In this document: one piece after another, positions 27,101 to 40,257 of the stretch
Numbering within the stretch: the stretch's first letter is position 1
How the letters are laid out: each line of letters starts with the position of its first letter
Assembly: GCF_963921235.1 (NCBI RefSeq)
Contig: NC_086097.1
Location: 243,476,001-243,540,000 of the forward strand
Direction of reading: 5' to 3'
Source of the DNA: Mobula hypostoma
Taxonomy: Eukaryota
DNA length: 64,000 bases
Program-made: the position numbers and the translations under genes
Notes under the pieces: generated by a model
What the model was told of the DNA's origin: nothing
The model's database searches: none
Seen by the model: the letters and a program-made list of their open reading frames with translations, nothing else

Positions 27101-28300
27101 TTGAAATTTTTGAGGATGTGACTAAACATATTGATGAAGGAAGAGCAGTAGATGTAGTGTATATGGATTTCATCAAAGCATTTGATAAGATACCCCATGC
27201 AAGGCTTATTGAGAAAGTAAGGAGGCATGGGATCCAAGGGGACATTGCTTTGTGGATCCAGAACTGATTTGCCCACAGAAAACAAAGAGTGGTTGTAGAC
27301 AGGTCATATTCTGCATTGAGTGGTGTGCCTCAGGGATCTGTTCTGGGACCCCTACTCTTAGTGATTTTCATAAATGACCTGGATGAGGAAGTGGAGGGAT
27401 GGGTTAGTAAGTTTGTTGATGACACAAAGGTTGGGGGTGTTGTGGATAGTGTGGAGGGCTGTCAGAGGTTACAGTGGGACATTGATAGGATGCAAAACTG
27501 GGCTGAGAAGTGACAGATGGAGTTCAACCCAGAGAAGTTTGAGGTGGTTCATTTTGGTAGGTCAAATATGACGGCAGAATATAGCATTAATGGTAAGACT
27601 CTTGGCAGAGTGAAGGATCAGAGGGATCTGGGGGTCTGAGTCCATAGGACACTCAAAGCTGCTGCGCAGGTTAACTCTGTGGTTAAGAAGGCATACGGTG
27701 CATTGGCCTTCATCAATCATGGGATTAAGTTTAAGAGCCGAGAGGTAATGTTGCAGCTATATAGGACCATGGTCAGACCCCACTTGGGGTATTGTGCTCA
27801 GTTCTGGTCACGTCACTACAGGAAGGATGTGGAAACTATAGAAAGCGTGCCGAGGAGATTTACAATGATGTTTTCTGGATTGGGGAGTATGCCTTATGAG
27901 AATAGGTTGCGTGAACTCGGACTTTTCTCCTTGGAGAGACGGAGGATGAGAGATGACCTGATAGAGGTGTACAAGATGATGAGAGGCATTGATCGTGTGG
28001 ATAGTCAGTGGCATTTTCCCAGGGCTGAAATGGCTGCCACAAGAGGGCACAGGTTTAAGGTACTGGGGAGTCAGTACAGAGGAGATGTCAGGGGTCAATT
28101 TTTTTATGCAGAGAGTGGTGAGTGCGTGGAATGAGCTGCTGGCGGTGGTGGTGGAGGCAGAAACGAGACAGTCTTTTAAGAGACTCCTGGATGGACACAT
28201 GGAGCTTGGAAAAATAAAGGGCTATGGGTAAAGCCTAGGTAACTTCTAAGGTAAGGACATGGTCAGCACAGCTTTGTGGGCTGAAGGGCCTGTATTGTGG
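24150..28300 (+). mobile_element. Near full-length degenerate CR1 LINE (5'UTR, ORF1 Zn-finger/coiled coil/SGNH esterase, ORF2 EN+RT)
   Basis: ORF1: CVRC..HICTRC..LRDRVRELEMQL, VIGDSIVRG, HIGTNDIG. ORF2 pieces: [32 protein letters not shown]. Many stops and frameshifts. Confidence 0.92.
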
Positions 28301-28309
28301 TTAAAGTTT

Positions 28310-29000
28310 ATAAAAGTTAACTTGCAGCTAGAGTCAGTGGTCAGGAAGGCAAATGCAGTGTTGGCACTCATTTCAAGAGTTCCAGAATACAAGAGCAGGG
28401 ATGTGATGCTGAGGCTTTATAAGGCACTGGTGAGGCTTCACCTTGAGTATTGTGAACTGTTTTGGGCTCCTCATCTAAGAAAAGATATGCCAGCATTGGA
28501 GAGGGTTCAGAGGAGGTTCACAAGGATAATTCTGGGAATGAAAGGGTTTTCAAATGAGGAACATTTGATAGCTCTGTGCCTGTACTCACTGGAACTTAGA
28601 AGGCTGAGGGGGGATCTTATTGAAACCTTCCAAATACTGAAAGACCTAGACAGAGTAGATGTGGAAAGGATGTTTCCCATGGTGGGGGAAGTCTGGGACA
28701 AGAGGGCACAGCCTCACAATAGAGGGGTGTACATTTAAAACAGAGATGCAGGACAATTTCTTTAGCCAGAGGTTGGTAAATTTGTGTAATTTGTTACCAC
28801 AGGCAGCTGTGGAGGCCATGTCGTTGGGGTTTTTAAGGCAGAGCTTGATAGGTTCTTGATTGGACACAGCAGCAAAGGTTACAGGGAGAAAGCCGGGGAG
28901 TGGGGCTGAGGAGGGGGAAAAAGGATCAGCCTTGATTGAATGGCAGAACAGACTTGACGGGCCAAATGGCCTAATTCTGCTCCTATATCTTCTGGTCTTA
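28310..29000 (+). mobile_element. CR1 3' fragment
   Basis: LYKALVRLHLEYC..RRLRGDLIETF plus 3'UTR hairpin and tail. Confidence 0.85.
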
Positions 29001-31480
29001 TGGTGATTGCGTTCAACAGTGGGGAGGGCTATACCTATGATGGACTGGGCCATTTCCACTACTTTTTGTTGGATTTTCCACTCAAGACCATTGGTGTGTC
29101 CATACCAGGCTGCAACACAGCCAGTCAATATAGCCTCCACCACACATCTATAGCCGTTTGTCAGTGTCTATATGTCATGCCAACTCTTCACAAACTCCTA
29201 AGGAATTAAGGGCACTGCCATGCTTTCTTTGTAATTGCACTTACATACTGGGCCCAGGAGTGATTCTCCAAAATGATAACACGGAGGAATTTAAAGTTGC
29301 TGACCCTCTCCACATCTGATCCCAATGAGAACTGGCTCATGGGCCTCCGGCTTCCTCCTCCAAAGTCAGTAATTTGCTTCTTGGTCTTACTGACATTGAG
29401 TAAGAGCTTGTTGTTGTGGCACCACTCAGCCAGGTTGTCAATCTCCCTCCTGTATGCTGATTTGCCGCCACCTTCGATTCGACCTCCGACCTCGGTTGTC
29501 ATCAGCAAACTTGAATATGGCATTGGAAGTTCTGCTGATCTGCAGGAGGATCCTGTCAAATATAGAATTGGAGTTACGCTGAGCCACACAGTCATCAGCG
29601 TCAAGCGCGTAGGGCGGGGTGAGCATCAGCCCTGCGGTACACCTTTGCTGATGAAGATCGGGGAGGAGACGTTGTTCGGTTTGGCAACAGCAATGAAAAT
29701 CAATGAAAAACAATGAGCAGTGACTGGACTGTTGGAGCATCAGACAAAATGGTCATTTTTCTCATCGCTTGCTACCAACTTAAAGTTTATCGGTATTTAA
29801 CTGGAAAAATTGCAATGCATTTTCAATATTTTTTAATTGTATTTAGAGATACAGTGCGGAACCAGCCCTTCTGGCACATGGAGCCCAGCAATCCACCTAT
29901 TTAACCCGAGTCTAATCATGGGACAATTAACAATGACCAATTAACCCTCTAGCTGGCATGTCTTTGGACTGTTGGGAGGAAACCGGAGCACCCAGATCTG
30001 TTATAGCATCAGGATAACTGTGGCATCCCGGTGAAGCATCAATCAGGGGCCAATCTCCAGCATCTGCAGAATGCACTGTGTTCAGCTGTTTATATATTGT
30101 CTTCCAACTCAGAACATCCCAGAGTTCTTCAATGACCAATGTTAAAGCAGACATATGGGTATATTATAAGGAAATTCAGTTTAGTTAATTAGTGCACCAT
30201 GAGGTATCACACGCAGTACCATGCTATATGACCATTTAAGCTTTTAATGATTTTGCCTGGAGAATAAATATGTAGGATATCAGGGAGGAACTCTCTTCTC
30301 AGGTTTAGAAGTTTTTGCATCCAGGTGGCGTTCTACAATGACAAACTGCTCACCAGCAACTTAACCAGGCAACCGTCCCACTGTCTGAAACTTTAAAACC
30401 ACGAGCATATGGTCCACAATATCAATCGCCTTCACACCGCTGTCCCAGCACGACTGTCTCGGCAGGGCTTCCACCTCGGCAGCCTTGTTCTTTCTCAACA
30501 CACTGGACTTCCTCTTAAACCTCTCTGAGGTATCTGCCTCCATCATCCCAGCTGTGTGTTTGAGGCACTCACCACTCTCAACCTACCTCTGACATTCTCC
30601 TAAACTCTCCTCCACTCACCCGAAAACAATGTCCTCCAGTATTGGCCATTTGAGCCCCAGGAAATCGGCACAGCGTGGCTGTCCACTCTATCTAGGTCAC
30701 TTATCACTTTGTGCACCTCTCATCCTCCTTCACTTGCGTCATTTTTAAAACTTAATTTATTTTATTTTGGGATACAGCTCGGTAACAAGCCTTTCCGTCC
30801 CACAAGCCAGCCCCGCCCAGTCGCACCCATGACCATCTAACCGGTACGTCTTTGAAATGTGGGAGGAAAACGGTAAACCAGGAGGAAACACGTGCGATGA
30901 TGGGGAGAACATACAACCTCCTTACAGACATTGGTGGCAATTAAACCTATGTTGCTGGCGCTGTTATACCGTTACCTAACCATTGGCTACCTTAATTTTG
31001 TATTCCATCTTTATCTTCTTAATTAATTTTTTAGTTGCCTTCTGTTGTTTTTAAAAAGCTTCCCAATCCTCTAACTTCCTGCTAATTTTTGCTCCATTAT
31101 ATGCCCTCTCTTTGGCTTTCATGTTGGTTCTGACTTCCCTTGTTAGCCATCTTTCTTTTAGAATATGTCTTCCTATTTGGGATGTATATATCCTGTTCCT
31201 TCCAAGTTGCTTTCAGAAATTCCAGCCGTTGCTCCTCTACCATCACCTCTGGCACCTTGCTCGTTTTCAACACTTTGCACTTCCTCTGCATCAGATGAGT
31301 CACCTGGACCAAATGGTGCACCCCCCCCAGAGTTCTGAAAGAGATTGCTGAAGAGATAGTGGAGGCATTATTAATGATCTTTTGAGTATCACTAGATCCT
31401 GGAATGGATCGGGAATACAGAAAAATGGCAAATGTCACTCCATTCTTTAAGAAGGGAGAGAGGCAGAAGACAGGAAATTA

Positions 31481-32075
31481 CAGCAACACACGCAAAATGC
31501 TGGAGGAATTCAGCAGGCCAGGCAGCACCTATGGAAAAAAGTACAGTTGATGTTTCGGGCCGAAGACTGGAGAGAAAAAGCTGAGGTGTAGATTTAAAAG
31601 GTGCGGGGAGGGGAGAGAGAAACACCAGGTGATAGGTGAAACCTAGAGGGGGAAGGATGAAGTAAAGAGCTGGGAAGTTGATTGGTGAAAGAGACGGAAG
31701 GCCATGGAAGAAAGAAAGAGGGAAAGGAGCACCAGAGGGAGGTGATGGGTGGGCAAGGAGGTAACATGAAAGAAGGACAAGGGGAAGGTGAAGGGCATTA
31801 CGGGAAGTTTGTAAAACCAATATTCATGCCAACAGGTTGGAAGCGACCCAAACAGAATATAAGGTGCTGTTCCTCCAACCTAATTGTGGCCACATCACGA
31901 CAGTGGAGGAGGCCATAGATGGACATATTGGAATGGGAAGGCGTAGAGGAATTAAAATGGGTGGCTACTGGGAGATCCCCCACTTTCTGGCAGACAAAGC
32001 ATAGGTGTTTGACAAAGCAGTCTCTCAATCTACGTCACGACTCACGGATACACAGGAGGCCACAGCAGGAGCACT
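31481..32075 (-). mobile_element. Penelope-like remnant with terminal repeat
   Basis: ORF 31798..32028 DLPVATHFNS..EEQHLIFCLGRFQPVGMNI; terminal GCAACACACGCAAAATGCTGGAGGAATTCAGCAGGCCAGGCAGCA block. Confidence 0.7.
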
Positions 32076-32680
32076 GAACTATAACTGAATAGAACTATAG
32101 GCCAGTTTGCCTGATCTCAGAAGATGTTGGAGTCGATTATTCAGGATGAGGTCTCAGCGTACTTGGAGGCACATGATAAAATAGGCAGTAGTCGGCATGG
32201 TTCGCTCAAGGGAAAATCTTGCCTGACAAATTCAAAAACATAGCAACATAGAAAAACGACAACACAATACAGGCCCTTCGGCCCACAATGCTGTGCCGAA
32301 CATGTACTTACTGTAGAAAATTACCTAGGGTTACACATAGCCCTCTATTTTTCTGAGCTCCATGTACCTATCTAGGAGTCTCTTAAAAGACCCATTGTAT
32401 CCGCCTCCACCACCATTGCCGGCAGTTCATTCCACGCACTCACCACTCTCTGCATAAAAAACTTAACCCCAACATTTCCTCTGTACCTACTTTAAGCATC
32501 TTAAAACTGTGTCCTTTCGTGCTAACCATTTCAGCCCTGGGAAAAAGCCTCTGACTATCCACACGATCAATGCCTCTGTGAGGTCACCTCTCATCCTCTG
32601 TCACTCCAAGGAGAAAAGGCCAAGTTCGCTCAACCTATTCTCATAAGGCATGCTCCCCAATCCAGGCAACATCCTTGTAA

Positions 32681-32957
32681 GCAACACAGACAAAAAAATG
32701 CTGGTGAACACAGCAGGCCAGGCAGCATCCATAGGAAGAGGTACAGTCGCCATTTCGGGCTGAGACCCTTCATCAGGGACTAACTGAAAGAAGAGATGCA
32801 CCTCTTCTTTCAGTTAGTCCTGATGAAGGGTCTTGACCCGAAACGGTGACTGTACTTCTTCCTAGAGATGCTGCCTGGCCTGCTGTGTTCACCAGCATTT
32901 TTTGTGTGTGTTGCTTGAATTTCCAGCATCTGCAGATTTCCTCTTGTTTGCATTTTA
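32681..32957. mobile_element. Palindromic Penelope-like mini-insert with two hammerhead-like motifs
   Basis: Arms about 32681-32795 and 32802-32915 are inverted; 13-bp TSD AACATCCTTGTAA at 32668-32680 and 32958-32970. Confidence 0.85.
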
Positions 32958-34190
32958 AACATCCTTGTAAATCTCCTCTATGCCCTTTCTATACCTTCCA
33001 CACCCTTCCTGTAGTAAGGTGACCAGAACTGTGCACAGTACTCCAAGTAGGGTCTCACCAAGGTCCTATATAGCTGTAGCATTACCTCTCGGCTCTTAAA
33101 CTCAATCCCATGGTTGATGAAGGCCAATACACCATATGCCTTCTTAACCACAGAGTCTACCTGCACAGCAGCTTTGAGTGTCCATAGGACTCGGACCCCA
33201 AGATCCCTTTGATCCTCCACACTGCCAAGAGTCTTACTATTAATACTATATTGTGCCATCTTATTTGACCTACCAGAATGAAGCACCTCACACTTATGAG
33301 TTGAACTCCATCTGCTAATTCTCAGCCCAGTTTTGCATCCTATTGATGTCCTGCTATAACCTCTGACAGCACTTCACACTATCCAAAACACCCCCAACCT
33401 TTGTGTCATCAGCAAATTTACTAACACATCCCTCCACTTCCTCATCCAGGTCATTTATAAAAATCACAAAGAAAAGGGATCCCAGAACAGATCCCTGAAG
33501 CACACCACTGGTTAACGACCTCCATGCAGAATATGACCTGTCTGCAACCCTCTGTGAGCAAGCCAATTCTGGATCCACAAAGCAATGTCCCCTTGGATCC
33601 CATGCCTCCTTACTTTCTCAGAAAGCCTTGCATGGGCTACCTTATCAAATGCCTTGCTGAAATCCACATACACATCTACTACTATAGCTTTATCAATGTG
33701 TTTACTCACACCCTTAAAAAATTCAATCAGGCTCATAAGGCGACCTGCCTTTGACAAAGCCATGCTGACTATTCCTAATCATATCATGCCTCTCCAAATG
33801 TTCATAAATCCTGCCTCTCAGGATCTTTTCCATCAATGTACCAACCACTGTCGTAAGACTCACTGGTCTGTAATTTTCTGGGTTATTTCAACTCCCTTTC
33901 TTGAATAAGGGAATAATATCTGCAACCCTCCAATCCTCCGGAACCTCTCCCGTCCCCATTGATGATGTAAAAATCATTGCCAGAGGCTCAGCAATCTCCT
34001 CCCTCGCCTCCCACAGTAACCTGGGGTACATCTCGTCCTGTCCCGGAGACTTATCCAACTTTATGCTTTCCATAAGTTCCAGCACATCCTCTTTCTTAAT
34101 GTCTATATGCTCAAGCTTCTCAATCCGCTGTAAATCATCCCTACAATCACCAAGATCTTTTTCTGTAGTGAATACTGTAGCATTCATTAA

Positions 34191-37155
34191 AAAGGGCCAC
34201 TTTTCAACATAATTGTATAAGGGCTAAGAGAGTTGTAAAAGAGCGCCTGAAGGCTTTATGTGTCAATGCAAGGAGCATTCATAATAAGGTGGATGAATTG
34301 AAAGTGCAGATTGTTATTAATGATTATGATATAGTTGGGATCACAGAGACATGGCTCCAGGGTGACCAGGGATGGGAGCTCAACGTTCAGGGATATTCAA
34401 TATTCAGGAGGGATAGACATGAAGGAAGGGGAGGTGGGGTGGCGTTGCTGGTTAAAGAAGAGATTAACGCAATAGAAAGGAAAGACATAAGCCGGGAAGA
34501 TGTGGAATCGATATGGGTAGAGCTGCGTAACACTAAGGGGCAGAAGACGCTGGTGGGAGTTGTGTACAGGCCACCTAACAGTAGTAGTGAGGTTGGAGAT
34601 GGTATTAAACAGGAAATTAGAAATGTGTGCAATAAAGGAACAGCAGTTATAATGGGTGACTTCAATCTACATGTAGACTGGGTGAACCAAATTGGTAAAG
34701 GTGCTGAGGAAGAGGATTTCTTGGAATGTATGCGGGATGGTTTTTTGAACCAACATGTCGAGGAACCAACTAGAGAGCAGGCTATTCTGGACTGGGTTTT
34801 GAGCAATGAGGAAGGGTTAATTAGCGATCTTGTCGTGAGAGGCCCCTTGGGTAAGAGTGACCATAATATGGTGGAATTCTTCATTAATATGGAGAGTGAG
34901 ATAGTTAATTCAGAAACAAAGGTTCTGAACTTAAAGAGGGGTAACTTTGAAGGTATGAGACGTGAATTAGCTAAGATAGACTGGCAAATGACACTTAAAG
35001 GATTGACGGTGGATATGCAATGGCAAGCATTTAAAGGTTGCATGGATGAACTACAACAATTGTTCATCCCAGTTTGGCAAAAGAATAAATCAAGGAAGGT
35101 AGTGCACCCGTGGCTGACAAGAGAAATTAGGGATAGTATCAATTCCAAAGAAGTAGCATACAAATTAGCCAGAGAAAGTGGCTCACCTGAGGACTGGGAG
35201 AAATTCAGAGTTCAGCAGAGGAGGACAAAGGGCTTAATTAGGAAGGGGAAAAAAGATTATGAGAGAAAACTGGCGGGGAACATAAAAATGGACTGTAAAA
35301 GCTTTTATAGATATGTAAAAAGGAAAAGACTGGTAAAGACAAATATAGGTCCCCTGCAGACAGAAACAGGTGAATTGATTATGGGGAGCAAGGACATGGC
35401 AGACCAATTGAATAATTACTTTGGTTCTGTCTTCACTAAGGAGGACATAAATAATCTTCCAGAAATAGTAAGGGACAGAGGGTCCAGTGAGATGGAGGAA
35501 CTGAGTGAAATATATGTTAGTAGGGAAGTGGTGTTAGGTAAATTGAAGGGATTGAAGGCAGATAAATCCCCAGGGCCAGATGGTCTGCATCCCAGAGTGC
35601 TTAAGGAAGTAGCCCAAGAAATAGTGGATGCATTAGTGACAATTTTTCAAAACTCGTTAGATTCTGGACTAGTTCCTGAGGATTGGAGGGTGGCTAATGT
35701 AACCCCACTTTTTAAAAAAGGAGGGAGAGAGAAACCGTGGAATTATAGACCGGTTAGCCTAACGTCGGTGGTGGGGAAACTGCTGGAGTCAGTTATCAAG
35801 GATGTGATAACAGCACATTTGGAAAGCGGTGAAATGCTCGGACAAAGTCAGCATGGATTTGTGAAAGGAAAATCATGTCTGACGAATCTCATAGAATTTT
35901 TTGAGGATGTAACTAGTAGAGTGGATAGGGGAGAACCAGTGGATGTGGTATATTTGGATTTTCAAAAGGCTTTTGACAAGGTCCCACACAGGAGATTAGT
36001 GTGCAAACTTAAAGCACACGGTATTGGGGGTAAGGTATTGGTGTGGGTGGAGAATTGGTTAGCAGACAGGAAGCAAAGAGTGGGAATAAACGGGACCTTT
36101 TCAGAATGGCAGGCGGTGACTAGTGGGGTACCGCAAGGCTCAGTGCTGGGACCCCAGTTGTTTACAATATATATTAATGACTTGGATGAGGGAATTAAAT
36201 GCAGCATCTCCAAGTTTGTGGATGACACGAAGCTGGGTGGCAGTGTTAGCAGTGAGGAGGATGCTAAGAGGATGCAGGGTGACTTGGATAGGTTGGGTGA
36301 GTGGGCAAACTCATGGCAGATGCAATTTAATGTGGATAAATGTAAAGTTATCCACTTTGGTGGCAAAAATAGGAAAACAGATTATTATCTGAATGGTGGC
36401 CGATTAGGAAAAGGGGAGGTGCAACGAGACCTGGGTGTCATTATACACCAGTCATTGAAAGTGGGCATGCAGGTACAGCAGGCGGTGAAAAAGGCGAATG
36501 GTATGCTGGCATTTATAGCGAGAGGATTCCAGTACAGGAGCAGGGAGGTACTACTGCAGTTGTACAAGGCCTTGGTGAGACCACACCTGGAGTATTGTGT
36601 GCAGTTTTGGTCCCCTAATCTGAGGAAAGACATCTTTGCCATAGAGGGAGTACAAAGAAGGTTCGCCAGATTGATTCCTGGGATGGCAGGACTTTCATAT
36701 GAAGAAAGACTGGATGAACTGGGCTTGTACTCGTTGGAATTTAGAAGATTGAGGGGGGATCTGATTGAAACGTATAAGATCCTAAAGGGATTGGACAGGC
36801 TAGATGCAGGAAGATTGTTCCCGATGTTGGGGAAGTCCAGAACGAGGGGTCACAGTTTGAGGATAGAGGGGAAGCCTTTTAGGACCGAGATTAGGAAAAA
36901 CTTCTTCACACAGAGAGTGGTGAATCTGTGGAATTCTCTGCCACAGGAAACTGTTGAGGCCAGTTCATTGGCTATGTTTAAGAGGGAGTTAGATATGGCC
37001 CTTGTGGCTACAGGGGTCAGGGGGTATGGAGGGAAGGCTGGGGCGGGGTTCTGAGTTGGATGATCAGCCATGATCATAATAAATGGCAGTGCAGGCTCGA
37101 AGGGCCAAATGGCCTACTCCTGCACCTATTTTCTATGTTTCTATGTTTCTATGTT
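34191..37155 (+). mobile_element. Young CR1 LINE with uninterrupted ORF2 (APE endonuclease + RT), lacking ORF1 and 5'UTR
   Basis: ORF 34289..37054 (921 aa), open upstream to the insertion edge (..LCVNARSIHNKVDEL). [34 protein letters not shown]; (TTTCTATG)3 tail. Confidence 0.96.
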
Positions 37156-39269
37156 TACCTCTGCAATCTCCTCGGGTTCCATACACACTTTTCCACTGTT
37201 ACACTTTGTTGGAATTCTTTGAAAAAGTAACAAACGGGACAGACAAAGGAGAATCGGTTTATATTGTGTACTTGGATTTTCAGAAGGCCTTTGACAATGT
37301 GGTACACATGTGGCAGTTTAACAAGCTACGAGCCCGTGGTATTACAGGGATGATTCAAGCATGAATAAAGCAGTGGCTGATGGGCAGGAGGCAAAGAGTA
37401 GGAATAAAGGGAGCCTTTTCTGACTGGCTGCCAGTGACTAGTGGTGTTCCACAGGGGTCTGTGTTGGGACCAATTCTTTGTATGTTACATGTCAATGATT
37501 TGAGTGATGGAATTGAAGGGAGTGTTGCAAATTTTGCAGACGATATGAAGATAGTTGGAGGTGTAGGTAGTTTTGAAGAAGTAGAGAGGCCGCAGAAGGA
37601 CTTAGACAGATTAGGAGAATGGGCAAGAATGTGGCCGATGGAATTAGTGTTGGGAAGTGTATGGTCATGCACTTTGGTAGAAGAAGTGAAAAGGTTGACT
37701 ATTTTCTAAATAGAAAATAGAAAAAACTGAGACACAGAAAGTCTTGGGAGTCCTCGTGCAGGGTTCCCTGAAGGTTAACTTCCAGATTGAGTCTGTGGTG
37801 AGGAAGGCAAGTGCAATGTTAGTATTTATTTCAACAAGACTAGGACATAAAAGCAAGGATGTAATGTTGAGACTTTATAAAGAACTGGCGAAGCTAAACT
37901 TGAAACATTGGAAGCCGTTTTGGGCCCCTTATCTTAGAAAGAATGCGCTGGAACTGGAGAGTGTTCAAAGGGGTTTCACAAAAATGATCCCAGGAATAAA
38001 AGGCTTGTCATATGAAGAACATATGATTGCTCTGGGCCTGTATTCACTGGAATTCAGAAGAATCAAGGTGACCTAAATGAAACCTATCAAATGGTGAAAG
38101 GCCTTGACAGAGAGCATGTAGAGAGGATGTTTCCTATGGCGAGAGAGTCTCAGACCAGACACTATATTCTCAGAATAGAGAGGTGTCCTTTTAGAATGCA
38201 AATGAGGAATAATTTCTTTAGCAAGAGGGTGGAATTCGTTGCCACAGGCAGTTGTGGAATCCAAGACTTTACGTATACTTAAGACAGAGGTTGATAGATT
38301 TTTGATTGATCAGGGCACGAAGGGATACAGGGAGAAGGCAGCAGATTGGGACTGAGAGGAAAAAATGTATCAGCCGTGATGAAATGGCAGAGAAGATTCA
38401 ATGGGCCAAATGGCTTAATTCTGTTCCTATATCTTATGGTCTATATACGTGGATTGCATTTTTTCCTTTTTAAAAATAGAGATACTTTAACTTAGCAGCC
38501 AACGACTGGAAAAGTGACATTTTTGGCTGACGTGTGGCAGTTCAGTGTTTGCTCGTGGTTTTTTAAAATTCAATTACTGACAGCACACGAAGAACTTCCC
38601 ATTCGGATGCTTACTATTATGTAGCTATGGAAACTGTCGCCATTAATTCACCCTTATCCGCCTTTTGGACTAATTCCACCACTTGGCGTGGCACTCAGCA
38701 GTTCCCAGTTCTGCTGGATTTGAGATGAAATGAGAATGAAGTAACGATGAGTGACAAACACAAAAGGTTGGAGAGGCAGGTCAAGGTGTATCTATGGAGA
38801 AGAATAAACAGTCCGTATTTTGGGCTGAGCCCTGATGAATGATAATCTGCTAAATTCCTCCAGCATTTTGTGTATATAAATAGCTAATTTCTCTATTTCT
38901 TCAGTATAATTTGAAAACAATTATATTTTCCCCTTAGGAGTCGGACAGTTTATTGGCTCAAGCACGTACTGTCAGATTTGCTAAAGTTCCCCTTCACAGT
39001 GTTGCTTCATTGTTTTTTTCTGGAATCGGCTATTTAAAAATAAGTGAAGATCAATCCAGTTACAAACAAACGAACGAGGAAACACAGTACCAAAAATTAG
39101 GGTAATTCTCAGAATTTAGAAGGTATCTTTATTTGGTTTGGTGGGGTTTGCAAATTATGCAGGAGCTTTTCAACCATTGAAGTCAGACCACTTAGTCTTA
39201 TCTGTGGATCATTCTACCTCAGTAACAATGTGGAGGAGGCCGCCTATGGTGCTCCCTTTGCAGCCTCCT

Positions 39270-39945
39270 TTACATCGGTGAGACCTGTCGTAAATTGGGA
39301 GACTGCTTCATCAAGCACCTCCGCTCCTGCCACCAAAGGCAGAGCTTTATAATTTTTGAAAAACATTTTAATTCCGATTCCCATTCCTTTTCTGACATGT
39401 GGTCTATGGTCCCTTTTTGGGCCAAGATCAGGCCACCCTCAGGATGGAGGAGCAACGTCTTATATTCCATCTGGGTGGCCTCCATCCTGATGACATGAAT
39501 ATCAGTTTCTCGTTCTGATTAAAAAAAAAACCCTCCCCTTCCCTCTTCTTCTATTTCCCACTCTGTCCTCTTACCTCTTCTCATCTGCATACCGTCTCCT
39601 CCTGGGTCCCCTCCTCTGTCCCTTTTTCCTGTGGTCCACTCTCCTCTCCTATCAGATTCCTTCTTCTCCAGGCCTTTGCCTTTCCCACCCATCTGGCTTC
39701 ACCTGTCACCTTCTTGCTGTCCTCCTCCCCTTCCCCATACCTTTTTATTCTGGCGTCTTCCTCCTCCCTTTCCAGGGAGCAAACTATTGCCATTTCAGAC
39801 CAGGACCCTTCAGCAGTTGTGATGAAGGGTCTCGACCCAAACCATCGACTATTAATTCCTTATCAAAGATGTTGCCTGACTGGCTGAGTTCCTCCAGCAT
39901 TTTGTGTGTGTTGCTCTGGATTTCCAGCCTCTGCAGTCTTCCTTG
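39270..39945 (+). mobile_element. Penelope-like remnant (YIGET...HFNS...terminal repeat)
   Basis: TACATCGGTGAGACC = YIGET (YIG half of GIY-YIG); pyrimidine-rich spacer; degenerate hammerhead at about 39815-39851. Confidence 0.72.
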
Positions 39946-40257
39946 TGCTAACAATTTTCAAATGCTTATTTCCTTGGTAATTCATTGCTCAATTCTGGAG
40001 AAGTAATTTGTTTGGTTCATGGGAGCCGCTGTTCAAGATGGTGAGCCTGTCGTCTGGGACTGGGTGAGTCGTCGTCAAGCCATGAGGGCAGTGGTCAAGG
40101 GGGAAGCTCAGGGAAAGACCGATTTGGGTTCCCGCAGCTGGTAGTGGTCAGAGGACAAGCCCATTACTTAGGGAGTGGCTGAGAGAGTCCAGAGATTCTC
40201 AGAGAAGCCAAGAAGGAGGTTAATAAGCTAGGATTTTCTGAGATGGAGGGCAGAGAT

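Larger units (their letters stand above)
32236..37205 (-). mobile_element. CR1 LINE (parts 32236-34190 and 37156-37205), same subfamily as 24150-28300
   Basis: RT fragments on the minus strand (ORFs 32978, 33354, 33888). Sequence after 37156 continues from 34190 when compared with 26576-26660. Confidence 0.88.
31290..38443 (+). mobile_element. Old CR1 LINE hosting nested inserts; parts about 31290-31480, 32096-32232, 37206-38443
   Basis: GKSCLTN|LLEFFE is split between 32232 and 37206; KTGNY|RPV is split by the PLE at 31481-32075. Confidence 0.8.

Noticed and set aside
34387..36642. Long antisense ORFs over CR1 ORF2
   Set aside because: Shadow ORFs typical of LINE codon usage; no recognisable domains.
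34289..37054. Domesticated RT gene or retron-like system
   Set aside because: Ordinary CR1 ORF2 with a microsatellite tail, nested in another CR1, and with a near-identical second copy.
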